Shown: positions 1 to 18,200 of the stretch, in pieces
Position numbering within the stretch: the first letter of the stretch is position 1
Layout: every line of letters begins with the position of its first letter
Assembly (NCBI GenBank): GCA_002269645.1
Contig: NIVC01004526.1
Location: forward strand, 1-43,268
Direction of reading: 5' to 3'
DNA length: 43,268 bases
Source: Macrostomum lignano
Taxonomy: Eukaryota
The notes under the pieces: generated by a model
The model's input: the letters and a program-made list of their open reading frames with translations, nothing else
The model's database searches: none
Told to the model about the DNA's origin: nothing
Position numbers and translations under genes: made by a program

Positions 1-259
1 TCAACTAACAAATTTGCCGTGTCTGCGCCTGACTTACTTTCAAATTTAACCTGTTTCATGAAGTTGCAGACTTGTTTGCCTACTTCATTAACCAATGGCA
101 ACAACCTACTTAGAAGTATTTAACAATAGAGTAATACTTGGTAGCGCACAGCTTCTCTGTAACGTGATTTAAGATGCCGGTTTTTTGCTTCTGAATTGAA
201 ACATATAGCCTTCGTGCAGCTTCGGCGCGGGCCTCTGGGAGCCGCTGCAAGCCAGCCTA

Positions 260-4682
<4,423 letters not shown>

Positions 4683-5329
4683 GTGAGTCTGAGCCCTATC
4701 TGTAATCTAGAATTCTTGCAGGCGGCAAATTTTTCAACTTTTACAGCTAGGCCAGTCTATTGATAAGGTCAAATATGAAGTATTTAAGAGGCACTCGAAA
4801 CTGCGACCAAGCCGACATTGTTTTATTGCCTCAAGCCACCCAACTCAAGCTTGAGATAAGCGGCGACTTGCCGACTCATAAACATTTTCCACTGGCATTT
4901 CGACTTTCACATGTTCACCGATTAGAAAAGTTTTATTGACCTGGCTTTGAATAACTCACGTTTTGTGCCGAGTTGGATGAACACTTTGAGTTAAAATGTT
5001 TAATTAAAAGCAATAAAAATACTAACAATTGCTCACAAGTTCGCCACCCCCTCACCCCGGAAAACCAAACAATCTAGGAAGTCAGCAGTGCTGTGTCAAA
5101 ATTTTTCTTCGATCTTTTCATCTAAGTGGTAAATTTAAAATAATATGATTCTGCCAGCTTCTTAGCGCCAATTCTCCTAGTAGGTCTGCCTTTCGTGTTT
5201 GGTGTAGGACTGCATTTCTGTGATGCTCTGTGATGCGCTGCATTTGAATAACTGACTGACTTCAGTTCGCGAGTCTCATCGGGAAAAGGGGGAAGGAAAA
5301 AAGATTGAGAAAAAAAGGGATGAAGGTGA

Positions 5330-6915
5330 GAAGAGGAGATGGGAGAGTGTGAAAAGGTGGTGGAGAGTGTGAAGGGAAAAGGGAGAGTGAGAAGGGAAAA
5401 GGGAGAGTGAGAAGGGAAAAGGGAGAGTGTGAAGAGGTGGTGGGAGAGTGTGAAGGGAAAAGGGAGAGTGTGAAGGGAAAAGGGAGAGTGTGAAGAGGTG
5501 GTGGGAGAGTGAGAAGGGAAAAGGGAGAGTGTGAAGGGAAAAGGGAGAGTGAGAAGGGAAAAGGGAGAGTGTGAAGAGGTGGTGGGAGAGTGTGAAGGGA
5601 AAAGGGAGAGTGTGAAGAGGTGATGGGAGAGTGAGAAGGGAAAAGGGAGAGTGAGAAGGGAAAAGGGAGAGTGAGAAGGGAAAAGGGAGAGTGAGAAGGG
5701 AAAAGGGAGAATGTGAAGGGAAAAGGGAGAGTGTGAAGGGAAAAGGGAGAGTGTGAAGAGGTGGTGGGAGAGTGTGAAGGGAAAAGGGAGAGTGTGAAGG
5801 GAAAAGGGAGAATGAGAAGGGAAAAGGGAGAGTGTGAAGAGGTGGTGGGAGAGTGTGAAGGGAAAAGGGAGAGTGTGAAGAGGTGATGGGAGAGTGAGAA
5901 GGGAAAAGGGAGAGTGAGAAGGGAAAAGGGAGAGTGAGAAGGGAAAAGGGAGAGTGAGAAGGGAAAAGGGAGAATGTGAAGGGAAAAGGGAGAGTGTGAA
6001 GAGGTGATGGGAGAATGAGAAGGGAAAAGGGAGAGTGAGAAGGGAAAAGGGAGAATGTGAAGGGAAAAGGGAGAGTGTGAAGAGGTGATGGGAGAGTGTG
6101 AAGGGAAAAGGGAGAGTGAGAAGGGAAAAGGGAGAGTATGAAGAGGTGATGGGAGAGTGAGAAGGGAAAAGGGAGAGTGTGAAGAGGTGATGGGAGAGTG
6201 TGAAGGGAAAAGGGAGAGTGTGAAGAGGTGATGGGAGAGTGTGAAGAGGTGGTGGGAGAGTGTGAAGGGAAAAGGGAGAGTGTGAAGAGGTGATGGGAGA
6301 GTGTGAAGGGAAAAGGGAGAGTGTGAAGAGGTGATGGGAGAGTGTGAAGAGGTGGTGGGAGAGTGTGAAGGAAAAGGGAGAGTGTGAAGAGGTGATGGGA
6401 GAGTGAGAAGGGAAAAAGGAGAGTGTGAAGAGGTGATGGGAGAGTGAGAAGGGAAAAGGGAGAGTGAGAAGGGAAAGGGAGAGTGAGAAGGGAAAAGGGA
6501 GAGTGTGAAGAGGTGGTGGGAGAGTGAGAAGGGAAAAGGGAGAGTGTGAAGAGGTGATGGGAGAGTGAGAAGGGAAAAGGGAGAGTGTGAAGAGGTGATG
6601 GGAGAGTGAGAAGGGAAAAGGGAGAGTGAGAAGGGAAAAGGGAGAGTGAGAAGGGAAAAGGGAGAGTGCGAAGGGAAAAGGGAGAGTGCGAAGGGAAAAG
6701 GGAGAGTGCGAAGGGAAAAGGGAGAGTGTGAAGAGGTGATGGGAGAGTGAGAAGGGAAAAAGGAGAGTGTGAAGAGGTGATGGGAGAGTGAGAAGGGAAA
6801 AGGGAGAGTGAGAAGGGAAAGGGAGAGTGAGAAGGGAAAAGGGAGAGTGTGAAGAGGTGATGGGAGAGTGAGAAGGGAAAAGGGAGAGTGTGAAGAGGTG
6901 GTGGGAGAGTGAGAA
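5330..6915. repeat. Purine-rich composite minisatellite (gggaaaagggagagtg(t/a)gaa and gaggtg(a/g)tgggagagtg units)
   Basis: About 1.6 kb of interleaved ~20-bp GA-rich units; the ORFs on the minus strand are repeat artefacts. Confidence 0.95.
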
Positions 6916-8987
6916 GAAGGTAGGCAGTGTGATGACTAACCATGCAGAGTAAAATCCGTAGAGCGCTGTAGACGCACAGGCTGCTGGCAGTAGTAGGCTT
7001 ATCTTAGATTTTCTTATTAACCTTAGCTGCTCAGATGCTTGAACCCCAATGCTCCCAATGCTCACATTAGATGTGACTCACCTAAAATGTACTTTAATAT
7101 GCAAGTAAACTCAATTGAGATGCTTCCCAACAGCAATAATGCTTTGCATGAACTAAACTTGATAACTATTCAACCTTCGCCACCAAATTAAGCACAAGCA
7201 GCTGCATGGTCAGTTGATGAGGAATAAATAATTGGCTGGTTCTACAAGATGAAGGTAAAAGAGCGACCAGTGATCCGTTGTTATCAGAAACGATTTATCG
7301 ATTTCAGACATGCATAAAATACTGCACCTGAGAAATATATCACATTCTGCACCGCTAGCCAGTGTGACAAATTCTGTCAATCATTTTCTACTTTCATTTA
7401 TTGTTTCTGCACCACGAGTAGGAGGCATAATCTATGTGATTGGGACATGCAGCAAGTGTCAGGGGTACTACAGAATCGGGTTGTCAGAGGGGGCGCAAAT
7501 GCGTGCGCTACCTACGCGAATGGCTATTAATGCGTTTATTTGCACTTTAAAAATACTGCAGCATGTACTTTTTTTGGTCTGTGACCATAATTTTATTGTT
7601 TTTATGTACAATGTATCTTACTACATTAGCTATACAGTTATAAAATAATAGACTGGTAATCAACATTTCAGGCTACCTCGGGGTGCAGCATCACCTAAAC
7701 GCTGCCAAAACTGCAGACTGCTCAGCTGTTCTCAACTCGCAACTGATCGACTCAAAAATACTTCAACTGATTGAAAAATACTTTGCTCAGCTTTTTGTGT
7801 TACCCTGTTTGAGTCTCATCTCTCCCTAGCTTATCCGCTCGTATTCGTAATGTTCGCATTTACTAAAAATTAACTTGTTATTGTATTATTATTATAATTT
7901 AGCTTACACTAGCAGTCACAGTAAAATTTGCCTTGACACCGAAGCTGCGGCGTAGAAATTACGGTATACGAATATCAAGCAAGATCAGACGCTTTCAAGC
8001 TACTTTTAAAAGTAGTAGTATAATGAAGAAGCTCCAAGTCCTGCAGCTTCTGTGTCGTGTCGGCAAGTGCGTATTATCGGAACCCAATGATCCCGCCTGT
8101 TGTCCTCTTGAATATTTCTATTTTATTAGTTATTCAAAGTCATTGCTGGCTACTCGCGGAACAGTAAGTAAGTAGTATTACGAGCGTACACGCATATTCA
8201 GTAATTTTGTCTTGCTTAACCTTAAATTGTCATTTGAATCGCGCTGGTAAACATTTACAATAATTCCCAATTTTCGTGCCGCCTCCCCGTCTCCCATCTG
8301 CGGAATCCCCAAACCAACCCGAGCCAGCGCACTGGTGATTGAATAATGCGAAAATAAACAAACTTGCATAGTAAGGCTTATTGCTGTCACCCCCTGCATT
8401 ATTAGCATTGTTTACCAGAAATTTATCAAATTAACGAAAATCACAGCTTCTGAGTATCTGATTTTTAATTCGCCTCAGTTGTCATGGCAACATTTGGTCT
8501 ATTTAACTTGCACATTACAAATCAAGGTTAATTACACAGGAATGCGAAATTGCAATAGAATTTAAATAGAGCACCATGCCATTTGAAAGCGGATCATACT
8601 ACTGAGTAGCAGTAGAGACATTAGCAAATAGTCAGTATAAACATGGAAAACTTATAGGTCAGCAAAATTTTGTTAAAATAATAAAAATGACGCAAAATGC
8701 CGCACAGCTGTACAGAAAAGCCGCTCTTAAAGCAGACAGAAGCAACAAACTTAACTTAAAAAAAGTATACCAATATTAAAAAGCCGCAATACGACTCGCA
8801 AAGTGCCAACAAGGACGGAACAATTTATGGCTAACATTACCTAGCATAGAAGCAAAAATTGTAACAACAATAATTAAGGAATACCGCAGACTGTCCGTCA
8901 CAGAAACTTGCGAAATGAATGATCAAAACAGCTGTGAAAGATGTGGAATTCGCAGGCTAAGAAGCCATTTGGAAATATTACGCATAA

Positions 8988-9372
8988 ATGAAGCTACTAG
9001 GAAATCTCACCCATAAATGGAAACTACTAGGAAATCTCACCCATAAATGGAAACTACTAGGAAATCTCAACCATAAATGGAAGCTACTAGGAAATCTCAC
9101 CCATAAATGGAAACTACTAGGAAATCTCAACCATAAATGGAAGCTACTAGGAAATCTCACCCATAAATGGAAGCTACTAGGAAATCTCACCCATAAATGG
9201 AAACTACTAGGAAATCTCATCCATAAATGGAAGCTACTAGGAAATCTCATCCATAAATGGAAACTACTAGGAAATCTCATCCATAAATGGAAACTACTAG
9301 GAAATCTCACCCATAAATGGAAGCTACTAGGAAATCTCACCCATAAATGGAAACTACTAGGAAATCTCACCC
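8988..9372. repeat. 30-bp minisatellite directly downstream of the caspase stop codon
   Basis: Unit aagctactaggaaatctcacccataaatgg, about 13 copies. Confidence 0.95.
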
Positions 9373-9374
9373 AG

Positions 9375-12300
9375 TCACTTGGGCACAAAGTACACCTCCT
9401 TGGTCAGCATGGACACAATGCAGGGCACCTGCTTCTTCCGGCACAGCAGGGGGTCCCGCGCGTTGCTCTCGTACAGGTTGGCCACCCGCCAGCAGACGCG
9501 GGTGAGCAGCCGCTGAAGGTCCAGACGGCCGCCGTAGCCCCATTCGTCCAGGCTGCGGCAGAGCGACTGCACGAACCAGGAGCCGTGGACGGCGTTCCGC
9601 CAGCTGTAGTAGCCGGGGTCACCGAGTACGCCACCAGGAAGTCCGCCTCGCTGGGCAGCAGCCGCCTCTGCTGCTGCTCGATGGCCGCCGCGTCTGCCTC
9701 GTCGGATGGAGCGCCGGAGTCCGGCACCTCAACGCCGGCGTCAAACTTCGAGCCGCGGCACGCTTGAAGGAAGAAGAGCTTCGGCTTGCCTGGAATGCGG
9801 GGCGGGCGAGGACTGCAATTTCTGGGGAATTTTTTACAGAAACTCCCGCCTGCAGTCCCAACAAAGACCCACACCTTGAGTCCCTAACCAGCCCCGTTCC
9901 CAACAAAGACCCACACCTTGAGTCCCTAACCAGCCCCGTTCCCAACAAAGACCCACACCTTGAGTCCCTGCCCAGCCCCATTCCCAACAAAGACCCACAC
10001 CTTTAGTCCCTGCCCAGCCCCATTCCCAACAAAGACCCACACCTTTAGTCCCTGCCCAGCCCCATTCCCAACAAAGACCCAGGCCTTGAGTCCCTGCCCA
10101 GCCTCATTCCCAACAAAGACCCAGGCCTTGAGTCCCTGCCCAGCCCCATTCCCAACAAAGACCCACACCTTGAGTCCCTAACCAGCCCCGTTCCCAACAA
10201 AGACCCACACCTTGAGTCCCTAACCAGCCCCGTTCCCAACAAAGACCCACACCTTGAGTCCCTGCCCAGCCCCATTCCCAACAAAGACCCACACCTTGAG
10301 TCCCTGCCCAGCCCCATTCCCAACAAAGACCCAGGCCTTTAGTCCCTGCCCAGCCCCATTCCCAACAAAGACCCACACATTGAGTCCCTGCCCAGCCCCA
10401 TTCCCAACAGGCCCACACATTGAGTCCCTGCCCAGCCTCAAAGACCCACACATTGAGTCCCTGCCCATCCTCATTCCCAACAAAGACCCAGGCCAGGTAT
10501 CCAAACACCCACAACCGGACACGCACCGGCCAATCCCGGACAGACATCGCCGCGAAACCTGGCCAGAATCTCGTCGACCCGCAGCAGGCCGTCGGTGCCG
10601 TAGATCTGGTCGGGCTCGCCGTGGGACATGAGCACAGCGGCGAAACAGTCTGCCTGGCTGTGGTCCTGAGCAGCCAGCTGGGAGCAGAGGGACAGCAGCT
10701 GGCCGCAGCGCACGTTCTCCACTATGACAAGCTGGCCAGCGGGGGTCACAAAATATGGGAGAATTGATGCACACTCGGTTGGAATTTGCAGTTCACGAGA
10801 CTAATGAGTGCACTGAAGGATAAGTGTACGGAAAGACTTCAGGGGGTGTCGGAGCGGCACTGAAGGACAGGCAGGGGTGTCGGAGCGGCTGAAGGACAGG
10901 CAGGGGGTGTCGGAGCGGCACTGAAGGACAGGCAGGGGGTGTCGCAGCGGCACTGAAGGACAGGCAGGAGGTGTCAAGGGGCACTAGAGGGCTGGAGGCT
11001 GGCACGATGGTTCAGAATCTGCATTCCACACATTGGCGCCTTACCTGGAACTGCAGCCGTCTGAAGGACTCGCGCAACACGGCCAGATCGCTGGCGGTGC
11101 CGCTGCGGGCGCTCATTTTAGTGCTGGCATCGAACTCGTAGTTGTTCACTATCAGGCAGTAGCCGCGGCAGGGGTGGCGCATGTTGTAGACGAACTGAGA
11201 GGATTCCTGCTGCTGCTGCTGCTGCTGGCAGTTTTGGCCGACCGCTGGCAAATGATGGGGGAGACTCTGGCTACAGGGTTTATCACAACAGGGCAGCTCA
11301 TCAGTAACGCGTGCGACTCCCCGGGTTCGATTCCTTCAGACGCATTAATTTTGCACTTGTGCATGTTATGTGGCCTGTGGCCTGCTAACAGTAGAAAGAC
11401 CATGGGGGTGTATTTCAAATACACACATTTTTCCTTTGTCTGGATCTCCAAGAATATTCAACCAATTGCCATGAAAATCCAGAGCACGTGCTAAATTTTT
11501 CCGCTCTATTCGATGAAGCAACTTCGAGAATCACGAAAATCGGCATCGTCGAGATATTCAACGATTCTCCTCGGGGTTTCTGGTGGCAAAAACCGCCAAA
11601 ATTGGCAAAGTTTTTCTGCTCACAAAATCTCATCATGAAACCACGTCGGCTCAACAAACTATGCATATCGGCGCAGGGACTTTTTCTCTCAGCATCCCAG
11701 GCACCAGGGTCCCCTTCATCACCGTCTGGAGCATCGGCGGCGACTGTCGGGACCTTCAACAAAAGCACCCGATCGGCATCTCAGAGACAGCTGCGTTCCC
11801 AAAACTAAAATGGAAGAATCCTCTTCTGCATGCAGCATTCAGTCAGTAGACACAAACGGTGAATGAAATGGACGATGGCCACCCTCTAGGCTGACCTGTA
11901 GACATACAGGCGACCTTAGTACCTTCAACGGAGTGCCACCTTGCGGCCCTGACGAGCTGGCACCCCCAACATCGTGATTTTTTTAGCAAGGCACCAAACC
12001 AGGCATTTCTGCGTATTATAAAATGCTTTTGCACCATGTTAAATTCGAAACTGCCAAACATCGTCAGCGGACTGCCACAACAGACAAGCTCTACGGCATC
12101 CGACGCCTGTGGGACACCTTTGTCAGTCAGCTGCGCCATCCTGTCCTTTCCGGGCGGTACCTCTGCGTCGACGAAACTCCGGTTGTCTACTGGGGTGTGA
12201 ACTGTGACTTCACGGTCTTTCTGAGGGAGAAGCCCGGTCTTCTTCTTCCATTCGGGCGCGCTCGGGCCAGGGCCCATGGCACCGGGCGTCAGATCACGCC

Positions 12301-13673
12301 CGCCTTCCCGAGGAAGTTCAACACCGCGGTGCAGTTCTCGAAAACTGCCGCGGGCTCCGGGCTTGGCCCCCAACGGTCGCAATGGTGCCAAGCTGTTCCT
12401 GCTGAAATCGGCTGGGAATCCAGAGATTCAGGATGACATGGACATCCGCTATGAGTTCAATGCGGAAATCTGCACTGGCAAAGGAACACTGCTGTCCACT
12501 ACTTTTGCATCACAGGAATCCGATGCTCGGCTGGCCAAGGGCTCAGAGGTGTGGAGTGGTAGGCAAGTTGTTTGCCACTTGGCTGATCCATTCAGAGGAC
12601 ACTGGTACAGCATCACATGTGACAGATTCTTCTCGAGTCCCTGCGCTGGCCAATCACTTGTACCGAGAAATGGGATTCACGTTTCTTGGAACAGTGATGC
12701 GCACTCGTGGTGGCCTGCCAGCCGATCTCAAGAATTCAACTCAAACCATGGCTCCACACACGAGCGAATTCCGGTTTTCTGAGGAGCTAAGGTGCCTGGG
12801 ATGCTGAGAAAAAAGGCCTCTATGACAGATGGACCCAGATTATTGAGCCAATATGGATTCACCATAAATTTTTATACAGTGTAGTGTTAGTTGTCCTTGC
12901 CACCAGTGTCTTTGACAAGAATCGTTGAATATCTCGATGTTGCTGACGGAAAATTTTGATCCATATGGTGGACTTTTACGAAAATCGGTAATTCGGTTTG
13001 CGAGCTATCGTGAAATGGGTCGTGTGTATTTGTAGTACACTCCCCGTGGTCTTTCCCCATGGGGAAAAATAGCGTGGTCTTTCTACTGTTAAGCGACTCA
13101 TGCCAGGAAGGGTCCGGGAGCTCGGTACACGATTACCGGCTATTTAGGCAATAGTTAGGATTAGGGCTAGGATTAGGGTAAGAATTAGGATTAGGATTAG
13201 GGTTAGGGTAATTTAGGATTAGGATAACGGTAAGGATTAGGATTAGGATTAAGATTAGGGTTAGGATTAGGGTTAGGGGGGCCGATTAGGGTAAGGGTTA
13301 GGGTTAGAAATGTTAGTAAAAGCCGATATTTAAAAAATGCATTGGTTTTTTATACTGATAATTAATGGTTGAGACGGGACTGGAGACATCAGTAGCGCTC
13401 ACCAGCAGTAGCTGTTGCAGCAGCGGCCTTTTTCCGCTGAGCTGCCGGCCTGCCGCCGCCGCCGCCGGGTCCGACAGCGGCAAACTGCGGATCATTGTTG
13501 GACAGCCAGTTGGAGGCCGCCGCGGCCGCAGCAGACCTCGGGCCGCCGCCGTCGGCCAAATCGTTCGCTGCTTTATCGTCGGAGTTGGCATCAGCGGCGG
13601 CGGGGAAGGCCCGACGGCGGGGCATCAGCGGCGCCGGCACCAAGTCGTCATCGTCAAGAGTCTGGCGGTCCAT
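9375..13673 (-). CDS. Caspase-3/7-like cysteine protease (C14), multi-exon
   Basis: Exons at about 13673-13390 (putative prodomain, uncertain), 11250-11045 (YNMRHPCRGYCLIVNNYEF), 10745-10527 (VLMSHGEPDQIYGTDG, catalytic His) and 9789-9375 (KPKLFFLQACRG, catalytic Cys; ADFLVAYS; GSWFVQSLC; KQVPCIVSMLTKEVYF). One frameshift near 9612. Confidence 0.92.
9855..10490. repeat. 39-bp minisatellite in caspase intron
   Basis: Unit cccaacaaagacccacaccttgagtccctgcccagcccca(tt), about 16 copies. Confidence 0.95.
10843..10985. repeat. Minisatellite with ggcactgaaggacaggc core in caspase intron
   Basis: About 4-5 copies of a ~30-bp unit sharing its core with the array at 13758-14120. Confidence 0.85.
11389..13088 (+). 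mobile_element. Decayed piggyBac-superfamily DNA transposon (1.7 kb) in caspase intron 1
   Basis: TIRs CAGTAGAAAGACCA (11389) and TGGTCTTTCTACTG (ends 13088); flanks CTAA and TTAA. Subterminal 20-bp inverted repeats at 11549-11568 and 12918-12937. Frameshifted transposase fragments YLCVDETPVVYWG, FNAEICTGK, YSITCDRFFSS, GFTFLGTVMRTRGGLP. Confidence 0.88.
13154..13310 (+). repeat. Degenerate interstitial telomere-like (TTAGGG/TTAGGA)n tract
   Basis: ttaggattagggctaggattagggt... including several perfect TTAGGG units. Confidence 0.8.
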
Positions 13674-13757
13674 GCAATAATTTGGCTAGAAGCATATATC
13701 CCCAAATGCACCCATGTGAGAGCTCGGGGTCAGCGAACTGGACTGACTGCTTGACTC

Positions 13758-14120
13758 TGGCACTGAAGGACAGGCTGGGGTGGCACTGAAGGACAGGCTG
13801 GGGTGGCACTGAAGGACAGGCTGGGGTGGCACTGAAGGACAGGCTGGGGTGGCACTGAAGGACAGGCTGGGGTGGCACTGAAGGACAGGCTGGGGTGACA
13901 CTGAAGGACAGGCTGGGGTGGCACTGAAGGACAGGCAGGGGTGGCACTGAAGGACAGGCTGGGGGTGGCACTGAAGGACAGGCAGGGGTGGCACTGAAGG
14001 ACAGACAGGGCTGGCACTGAAGGACAGGCAGGGGTGGCACTGAAGGACAGACAGGGCTGGCACTGAAGGACAGACAGGGCTGGCACTGCAGGACAGACAG
14101 GGCTGGCACTGCAGGACAGG
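13758..14120. repeat. 23-bp minisatellite upstream of the caspase gene
   Basis: Unit ggcactgaaggacaggctggggt, about 15 copies. Confidence 0.95.
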
Positions 14121-15295
14121 CTGGGGTGGCACTGCAGGACAATAGCATATTGTCAGTGGGAGATAATTATCTAACTATCAAAGCTCATAGCGATCGAACA
14201 GAGCAAAAAGCGGAGCAGGTCAGCAATCAAGAAAATGACGCCATGAGATCGCGCACAAAATCAGCTCTAATTCAGTGTATTTGCCATTGCCGCTGGCGCA
14301 GGTCAATAAAATGTATATAATACTAGTAGAATAATATATATAATAGTATGGATTGCCTATCATGTCGTAGATGAAGCAAATTCAAGCAATTAAAGGTGAA
14401 AGAAACAAAGACTAAACTAGCAGCCGGACAGTCAGACCGAAAACCTGGGGTTGAAATTGAATAGGAAAATGTTTGAGTCATTTATTAGTAGTAACCTGAT
14501 TCAATACTGCAGCTAACAGAAAGCTCTCTTGGGGTTACAGAGGCTTAGTATATTATATAGTAGTTAGTAATTGCACATATATGAATATATATTAAAGGCA
14601 GGTAAATACGGTACAGTAAGGCGCAGTGAAGTGTACAATTATTAAATATGTAATAATTATATATGAAGTAGAAAGAGCTTAGATAGACTGTCTGGTCAAA
14701 TTGCCAGAATACGAATGAACACGCGCGCTACACTACTGTCCGACAAATCAGTACGCAGTAGTATCCTAGCGCATTGAATTATAATATATAACTATTAATT
14801 TATCTACTTGAAGCACTAAAACCGCAGGAAAGGCAGGAAGCGCAGAAAGAGACTGGGAGGCACCGGTGCAATGCGGCTGAATTAAACACAATTTCCGACT
14901 GCCCGCTGCATGATAGTAGTATATGATAGTAGTATTATATTGCTAGCGAATACTGCCCTGATAATAAAATCAGGATGAAAGTAACGGCAGAGCTGAGAAT
15001 ATTAATAAATTATTTAAACATAAATTTTTCAGATTAGCGGGGCCTAAAAAAACTAAATTGAGTGACGTAAAACCGCGGGACTAAGGAGATAAGACAGAGA
15101 ATAAGAGGCTAATAAATTAAAACACTAAATTGTCTGGGAAGTTAGAAACCTATTGGGGGATAAGTAAGCAAACGGATAAAACAGGTTACTAAGGCAAAAA
15201 TATCACTTGTTCTTCAATCACACAAACTCCCTACCGAGTGGCTCGACCTCACAGCTACACCAAGGATGCTACGAATTTCCAAAAGATAGATTGGC

Positions 15296-18200
15296 CTATT
15301 TTCTAACGAGATCTCTTTGCTGCTGCTGCTCCGGCTTGAGCTCAAGCTCAACTAGCAGCGAGAAATGATCAGACGATATGTGCGGATGCGGACAGCCGAG
15401 GATGTTGTGCTCGGTGAACCAGGTCTCCGGGATCATGTCCAAGCAGCCGATGTTGCTGAAGTGGGCGCCGGTGAAGAAGATGTAGTCAATGACGCCGCGG
15501 AAATCGTACGTGTAGTTGGTGTACCGCATGCCGACCTCCTGGTCGTAGCAGCGAACCAGATTCAAATCGTGCTCAAGCAGCTCGGGATGGTGCTGAGACC
15601 GGTGCGGCGTCAGCTTGTCAAGGATGTTCTCGTAGCCCAGCTCCTTGAAGTCGGGATGGGACTTGTTGATCTTACCGGTGGCCAGGTATTCGAACACACC
15701 TGGGGTGAGCGAAAGGAAAAATACCCGCTTATGCACTTGTTTTTGAGTGGGCGCTTCACAAGCTTAAGGCATCACAAGCTCGGAGCCTCAAAAGCCTTCT
15801 GCAACTAAACAACTAAAAAACCCTCAGCTGTAAAGATCGTATTATACAAAGGAAATTTTTATGCATCTTCAAATATAACTAACAAATAACGGTATTAAAA
15901 TTCGCTACTTGCCTACTCTAGATTTCTACAAAACAGTAGACTATATCGAGTTTTTATTACTTTTGAATCGCGATACATTTATAAAATTAGCTTGATTAAA
16001 TGCACTGTGTGGCATCTTCTGGCCACTTGTACGAGTATGCTATTAGAATATTGGATAACTGGGGGGGGGGGCTCACCAGACTCCGGCAGCGAGTTGAAGT
16101 CGCCGCAGATGATCAACGGCATGCTGGTGACGTCAACAGATTCAACGCCTGGCCGCTGCTGCAGCATGTGATCTTCGATCTTCTTCCACAGTGCGGAGAG
16201 CAGCATGATGGACTGGATCACCTTCACGTCGGAGTACTCCGGGTCCCAGTGAATGTGCGCGGTGGACACCACCAGCTGGCGGCTCTGGGCCGACACCTCA
16301 TCCTTCACTTCAAAGATGGCCATCAGGGCGATGTTGTCCTTCACCATCACTCGGTTGATCATTTCGTGATTATCCTGGCAGATGGCGATTGAAGTGAGGC
16401 TGGATGACACAGGTAGGTGATTAGAGACTCGATGACACAGGTAGGTGATTAGAGACTCGATGACACAGGTAGGTGATTAGAGACTCAATGACACAGGTAG
16501 GTGATTAGAGACTCGATGACATAGGTAGGTGATTAGAGACTCGATGACACAGGTAGGTGATTAGAGACTCGATGACACAGGTAGGTGATTAGAGACTCGA
16601 TGACATAGGTAGGTGATTAGAGACTCGATGACACAGGTAGGTGATTAGAGACTCGATGACACAGGTAGGTGATTAGAGACTCAATGACACAGGTAGGTGA
16701 TTAGAGACTCGATGACACAGGTAGGTGATTAGAGACTCGATGACACAGGTAGGTGATTAGAGACTCGATTACACAGGTAGGTGATTAGAGACCCGGTGAC
16801 ACAGGTAGGTGATTAGAGGGAGACCCGGTAACACAGGTAGGTGATTAGAGGGAGACCCGATGATGACACAGGTAGGTGATTAGAGAAAGACCCGGTGACA
16901 CAGGTAGGTGATTAGAGGGAGACCCGGTAACACAGGTAGGTGATTAGAGGGAGACCCGATGATGACACAGGTAGGCGATTAGAGAAAGACCCGGTGACAC
17001 AGGTGGGTGATTAGAGGGATACCCGGTGACAATGGGTACGTCAGAAAGAACTTTCAAACATCTGAGCAGCCAACCTTGCAATCCTTCTCGTAGCGTTCAA
17101 CAGCCATGCGCGAGAACTCGATGACGTCCTCTTTGATGAGATTGAAGCGCTCTTTCTTCCAGAAGATGGCCACCCCGTCGACGTACTTGCTCTCGCTTGC
17201 CGACATCGTCTTGGCGCGGCTCTTCGCGCTAAAGATGCCGTCATAGCCGCTTTTGGCCAGCTCGGGCTTGAAGAACACCGAGAACTGCTCGGTCTCCACC
17301 TCCTGCGGGCGGGGGGAGGCTGGAGTGATGGGGCTGGCTGCATAGCAACTGAATTAATGCCATTTAACTGGAATAACCTTTGAACCAAATATCAATGAAA
17401 GGGTTTGGTCAATGCAGAGCGACCATAGGAAATGTGGCGACCTGACCACACCTGGGAATGTGGCGACCTGACCACACCTGGGAATGTGGCGACCTGACCA
17501 CACCTGGGAATGTGGCGACCTGACCACACCTGGGAATGTGGCGACCTGACCACACCTGGGAATGTGGCGACCTGACCACACCTGGGAATGTGGCGACCTG
17601 ACCACACCTGGGAATGTGGCGACCTGACCACACCTGGGAATGTGGCGACCTGACCAAACCTGGGAATGTGGCGACCTGACCACACCTGGGAATGTGGCGA
17701 CCTGACCACACCTGGGAATGTGGCGACCTGACCACACCTGGGAATGTGGCGACCTGACCACACCTGGGAATGTGACCAACTGGGAGTGTGGCGATCTGAC
17801 CACACCTGGGAATGTGACCAACTGGGAGTGTGGCGACCTGACCACACCTGGGAATGTGACCAACTGGGAGTGTGGCGACCTGACCACACCTGGGAATGTG
17901 GATCTTGCGGGGTAACAAACTGAGCACCTGGTAGTGTGGTGACCTGATCATCTGGAAATGTGGCGACCTGAGCACCTAAGGAAGGTAGCAAACCAACTGA
18001 ATAAAGCAAAGGCGCACCTGCAGACAGAGAATATCAGCCTGGTAGACACGAATCTCATCCATAATGCCGCGTCTCCGGTACTCCCACTGCAGCGCCCAGG
18101 ACGGACAGTAGGGGTACTGCTTCTTAGTGGCGTAGCCTTCGCACAGTACGTTGTAGCACATGAGCGTGAAGGCCATTCCATCGCTGGTGTCGTTGGGATT

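Noticed and set aside
5122-7065. 647-aa and 555-aa minus-strand ORFs
   Set aside because: Stop-free translations of the GA-rich minisatellite
11265-11345. tRNA gene suggested by the B-box GGTTCGATTCC
   Set aside because: I could not build a cloverleaf or find a clear A box; at most a SINE head remnant
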